DNA of 64,000 bases from an uncultured virus (IMG/VR IMGVR_UViG_3300005458_000016) (lineage: Duplodnaviria > Heunggongvirae > Uroviricota > Caudoviricetes): the IMG/VR virus record IMGVR_UViG_3300005458_000016. One strand, given 5' to 3'. The notes below the pieces were generated by a model, which searched no databases, was not told the origin of the DNA, and was given only the letters and a program-made list of their open reading frames with translations. Below, piece after piece: positions 61,940 through 64,000 of this stretch. The position numbers and the translations under genes were made by a program. How positions within the stretch are numbered: the stretch's first letter is position 1; every line of letters starts with the position of its first letter.

Positions 61940-62844
61940 AAGGCTCACGGTGCCTGATCACCGGAGGAGCAGGACTGATCGGGAGTCATATCGCTGATCA
62001 GCTCATCGAGGCAGGGGCGGAAGTTTTCGTCCTGGACAACCTCTCCGGGGGAGACAGGAAGAATGTCCCTCCGGGAACTCAGTTCTACCTGGGTGATATC
62101 CGCGATGAGAAACTGCTTGAAAGCCTGATGTACGGAGTTGATTACGTTTTCCATCAGGCTGCGGTGAAAATCAAGCAGTGCGCGGAAGACCCCCAGCTGG
62201 GGATTGATGTGATTGCGACAGGGACTCTCAACGTTTTCCAGGCTGCGAAAAGAGCGAAAGCCAGGGTCGTAGCCGCGAGTTCCTCCAGTATCTACGGGCT
62301 TGCGGACGAGTTCCCCACGAACGAGAAACATCACTCGTACAACGATACGACGCTATACGGGGCAGGGAAAGCGTTCACCGAGGGGATAGCACGCAGTCTT
62401 GACCTGGACTGCGTGATGCTGCGGTATTTCAGCGTTTACGGCCCCCGGGTGGATGTCAGCGGGATTTACACGGAGGTTCTCCCCAGGTGGATGGACAGGA
62501 TTTCCGCTGGACTCCCCCCGTATATCGAAGGTGACGGAACTGCGACTCGCGATTTCGTGTATGTCGGGGATGTGGCGAGAGCTAACATCCTCGCAGCGCA
62601 AAGCGATGTCGTGGGTGCGTTCAACATCGCCTCAGGGATAGAGACAACTCTCACTGACCTGGCAGGGATGCTGCTGGAGATCATGGGATCGGATTTGCAG
62701 CCAGAATACGGTCCGGTCAGGAAGATCGACCCATGTCCCCGGAAAAAGGCAGACATCTCCCTCGCGAGAAAGCAACTCGGGTGGGAGCCTCAGGTTGACC
62801 TGAAAACAGGATTGAAAGAACTCGTCTCCTGGCGGTACTCATGA
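61936..62844 (+). CDS. NAD-dependent nucleotide-sugar epimerase/dehydratase
   Basis: ITGGAGLIGSH, YGAGK (YxxxK), LRYFSVYGP, RDFVYV.DVA. Confidence 0.93.
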   Translation: MKGSRCLITGGAGLIGSHIADQLIEAGAEVFVLDNLSGGDRKNVPPGTQFYLGDIRDEKLLESLMYGVDYVFHQAAVKIKQCAEDPQLGIDVIATGTLNVFQAAKRAKARVVAASSSSIYGLADEFPTNEKHHSYNDTTLYGAGKAFTEGIARSLDLDCVMLRYFSVYGPRVDVSGIYTEVLPRWMDRISAGLPPYIEGDGTATRDFVYVGDVARANILAAQSDVVGAFNIASGIETTLTDLAGMLLEIMGSDLQPEYGPVRKIDPCPRKKADISLARKQLGWEPQVDLKTGLKELVSWRYS

Positions 62845-62902
62845 TCTCGATTCGCTGCCAGCTGGGGGAGCATGCCCCTAAATGCAAGTCGAAGACCTGT
62901 GA

Positions 62903-63580
62903 ATGCTCATGCCACAAGAGGACGTGAAAGTGTCACTACCAGAAGAGACGTTTCCTCCTAGTATTTTCACCTACGATACGCGGGAATACAGGTTTCGTGA
63001 GCTGCTCTGCGAGATTTTCAGTGTAGGCAAGCTGGAAAACCTCGGGGTCGGGGATGATATTGATGTCCTGTCCTGCAAGACGGATCAGTCCACTGAGTTT
63101 CACCGTAAATTCTATGATCATTTCAGTGAGATCAGGGCTGATTACCTGAAGCTCATAGAGAATATCATCGCCCCGCGCATTGATGAGCCTTTCTGTTACC
63201 AGAATGTCCCCACGTTCCGGGTTCACCTCCCGGGGAATGTCGCGGTCGGGGAGTTTCACACGGACGAGGATTACAACCACTCCCCCGGGGAGATCAATTA
63301 CTGGGTTCCGTTCACTCAGGCTTTCGAAAGCAACTCGGTGTACATCGAATCCTCCTGGGGGAGCCAGGAATTCATCCCTATCCGGGCAGACTACGGGGAT
63401 ATCGTCACGTTCGATGCGGTCCAGTGGGAACACGGGAACAAGCTGAACACTACCGGTCAGACCCGGGTCAGCTTTGACTTCCGGTGCATCCCGGAAAGTC
63501 TTTACCGCCCCAAAGGGCTGAAAACTGTCCACGCAGGGAAATCGCTAGAGGTTGGCGATTACTTTGAGTGGTGGAATTAG
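62903..63580 (+). CDS. StrG-like / 2OG-Fe(II) oxygenase-fold protein
   Basis: PTFRVHLP, FHTD.DYNH, HGN..N.TGQTRVSFDFR. Confidence 0.7.
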   Translation: MLMPQEDVKVSLPEETFPPSIFTYDTREYRFRELLCEIFSVGKLENLGVGDDIDVLSCKTDQSTEFHRKFYDHFSEIRADYLKLIENIIAPRIDEPFCYQNVPTFRVHLPGNVAVGEFHTDEDYNHSPGEINYWVPFTQAFESNSVYIESSWGSQEFIPIRADYGDIVTFDAVQWEHGNKLNTTGQTRVSFDFRCIPESLYRPKGLKTVHAGKSLEVGDYFEWWN

Positions 63581-63589
63581 GAGATGATC

Positions 63590-64000
63590 GTGTCAGATCT
63601 GACCTTGCTTGTCATGGTTACCACCCGGGGTCGCCGGAAGCAGGTTGAGCGCCTGCTGGATTCTTACAGGGAGAACACGGACGCTGCGGATGTCGTGTTC
63701 ATCATGGACCCTGATGATGAGGATACGTACAACGGGATTGACTGGGGAAGCGCTCTTACCAGCACCCTGTCCCCGAGAGGGACGAACGTCGAGAAGCTGA
63801 ACAGGACTGCGCAGGCATTCTGGGATGATTACGACGCGCTGATGTTCGTAGGAAATGACCATGTATTCCGCACCCCGCACTGGGATACGATCATGCTCCG
63901 CAAGCTGGAAAGCATGGGCGGAACAGGGATGCTTTACCCGGACGATAAGCGCAGGAATGACATCCCTGAGATCATCATGATTTCCAGCGATATCGTAAAG
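63590..64000 (+). CDS. GT2-like glycosyltransferase (truncated by window end), paralog of 40834-41526
   Basis: LLVMVTTRGR...RLLDS...DPDD...GNDH.FRTPHWD; open to the end of the window. Confidence 0.75.
   Translation, partial: MSDLTLLVMVTTRGRRKQVERLLDSYRENTDAADVVFIMDPDDEDTYNGIDWGSALTSTLSPRGTNVEKLNRTAQAFWDDYDALMFVGNDHVFRTPHWDTIMLRKLESMGGTGMLYPDDKRRNDIPEIIMISSDIVK

Noticed and set aside
1..64000. Reverse transcriptase/DGR, integrase, Cas or DNA polymerase genes
   Set aside because: No YADD/RT, recombinase, Cas or polymerase motifs were recognised in any ORF of this window.

Overview
This window is a 64-kb segment of a large, GC-rich tailed-phage genome, most likely infecting an actinobacterium. 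(1) 1-25.9 kb is a leftward early arm of mostly small unknown genes. Recognisable products are DUF932, a P-loop/DUF3631-like protein, an ArdA-like acidic protein, a RyR-like protein and a four-enzyme cluster. The arm also holds a lone rightward HTH/TerS-like gene, a structured intergenic RNA at ~11.6-11.9 kb, and a tandem array of gene-enclosing RNA duplexes at 22.9-24.9 kb. (2) 25.9-27.3 kb is a gene-free, AT-richer block packed with operator-like palindromes, including a perfect CRP/GlxR box, a CsoR-type box, LexA-like sites and 12 TTCGAA copies. (3) 29.6-30.7 kb is the best candidate for an undescribed system: a promoter-driven ~335-nt RNA with a circularly permuted tRNA-like (YrlA-type) domain and a hexamer-repeat 5' arm, directly upstream of an uncharacterised 255-aa protein, with no Ro60/Rsr gene in the window. 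(4) 32.6-64 kb is the rightward late region. It contains cell-wall hydrolases, TerL, an HNH endonuclease, a portal-MuF-Nudix-ParB fusion, protease/scaffold and major capsid genes. These are interleaved with an unusually complete sugar-biosynthesis, glycosyltransferase and methyltransferase set and with Ser/Thr-rich virion proteins. GGCC appears strongly depleted. All family assignments come from motif recognition by eye; no database searches were run.
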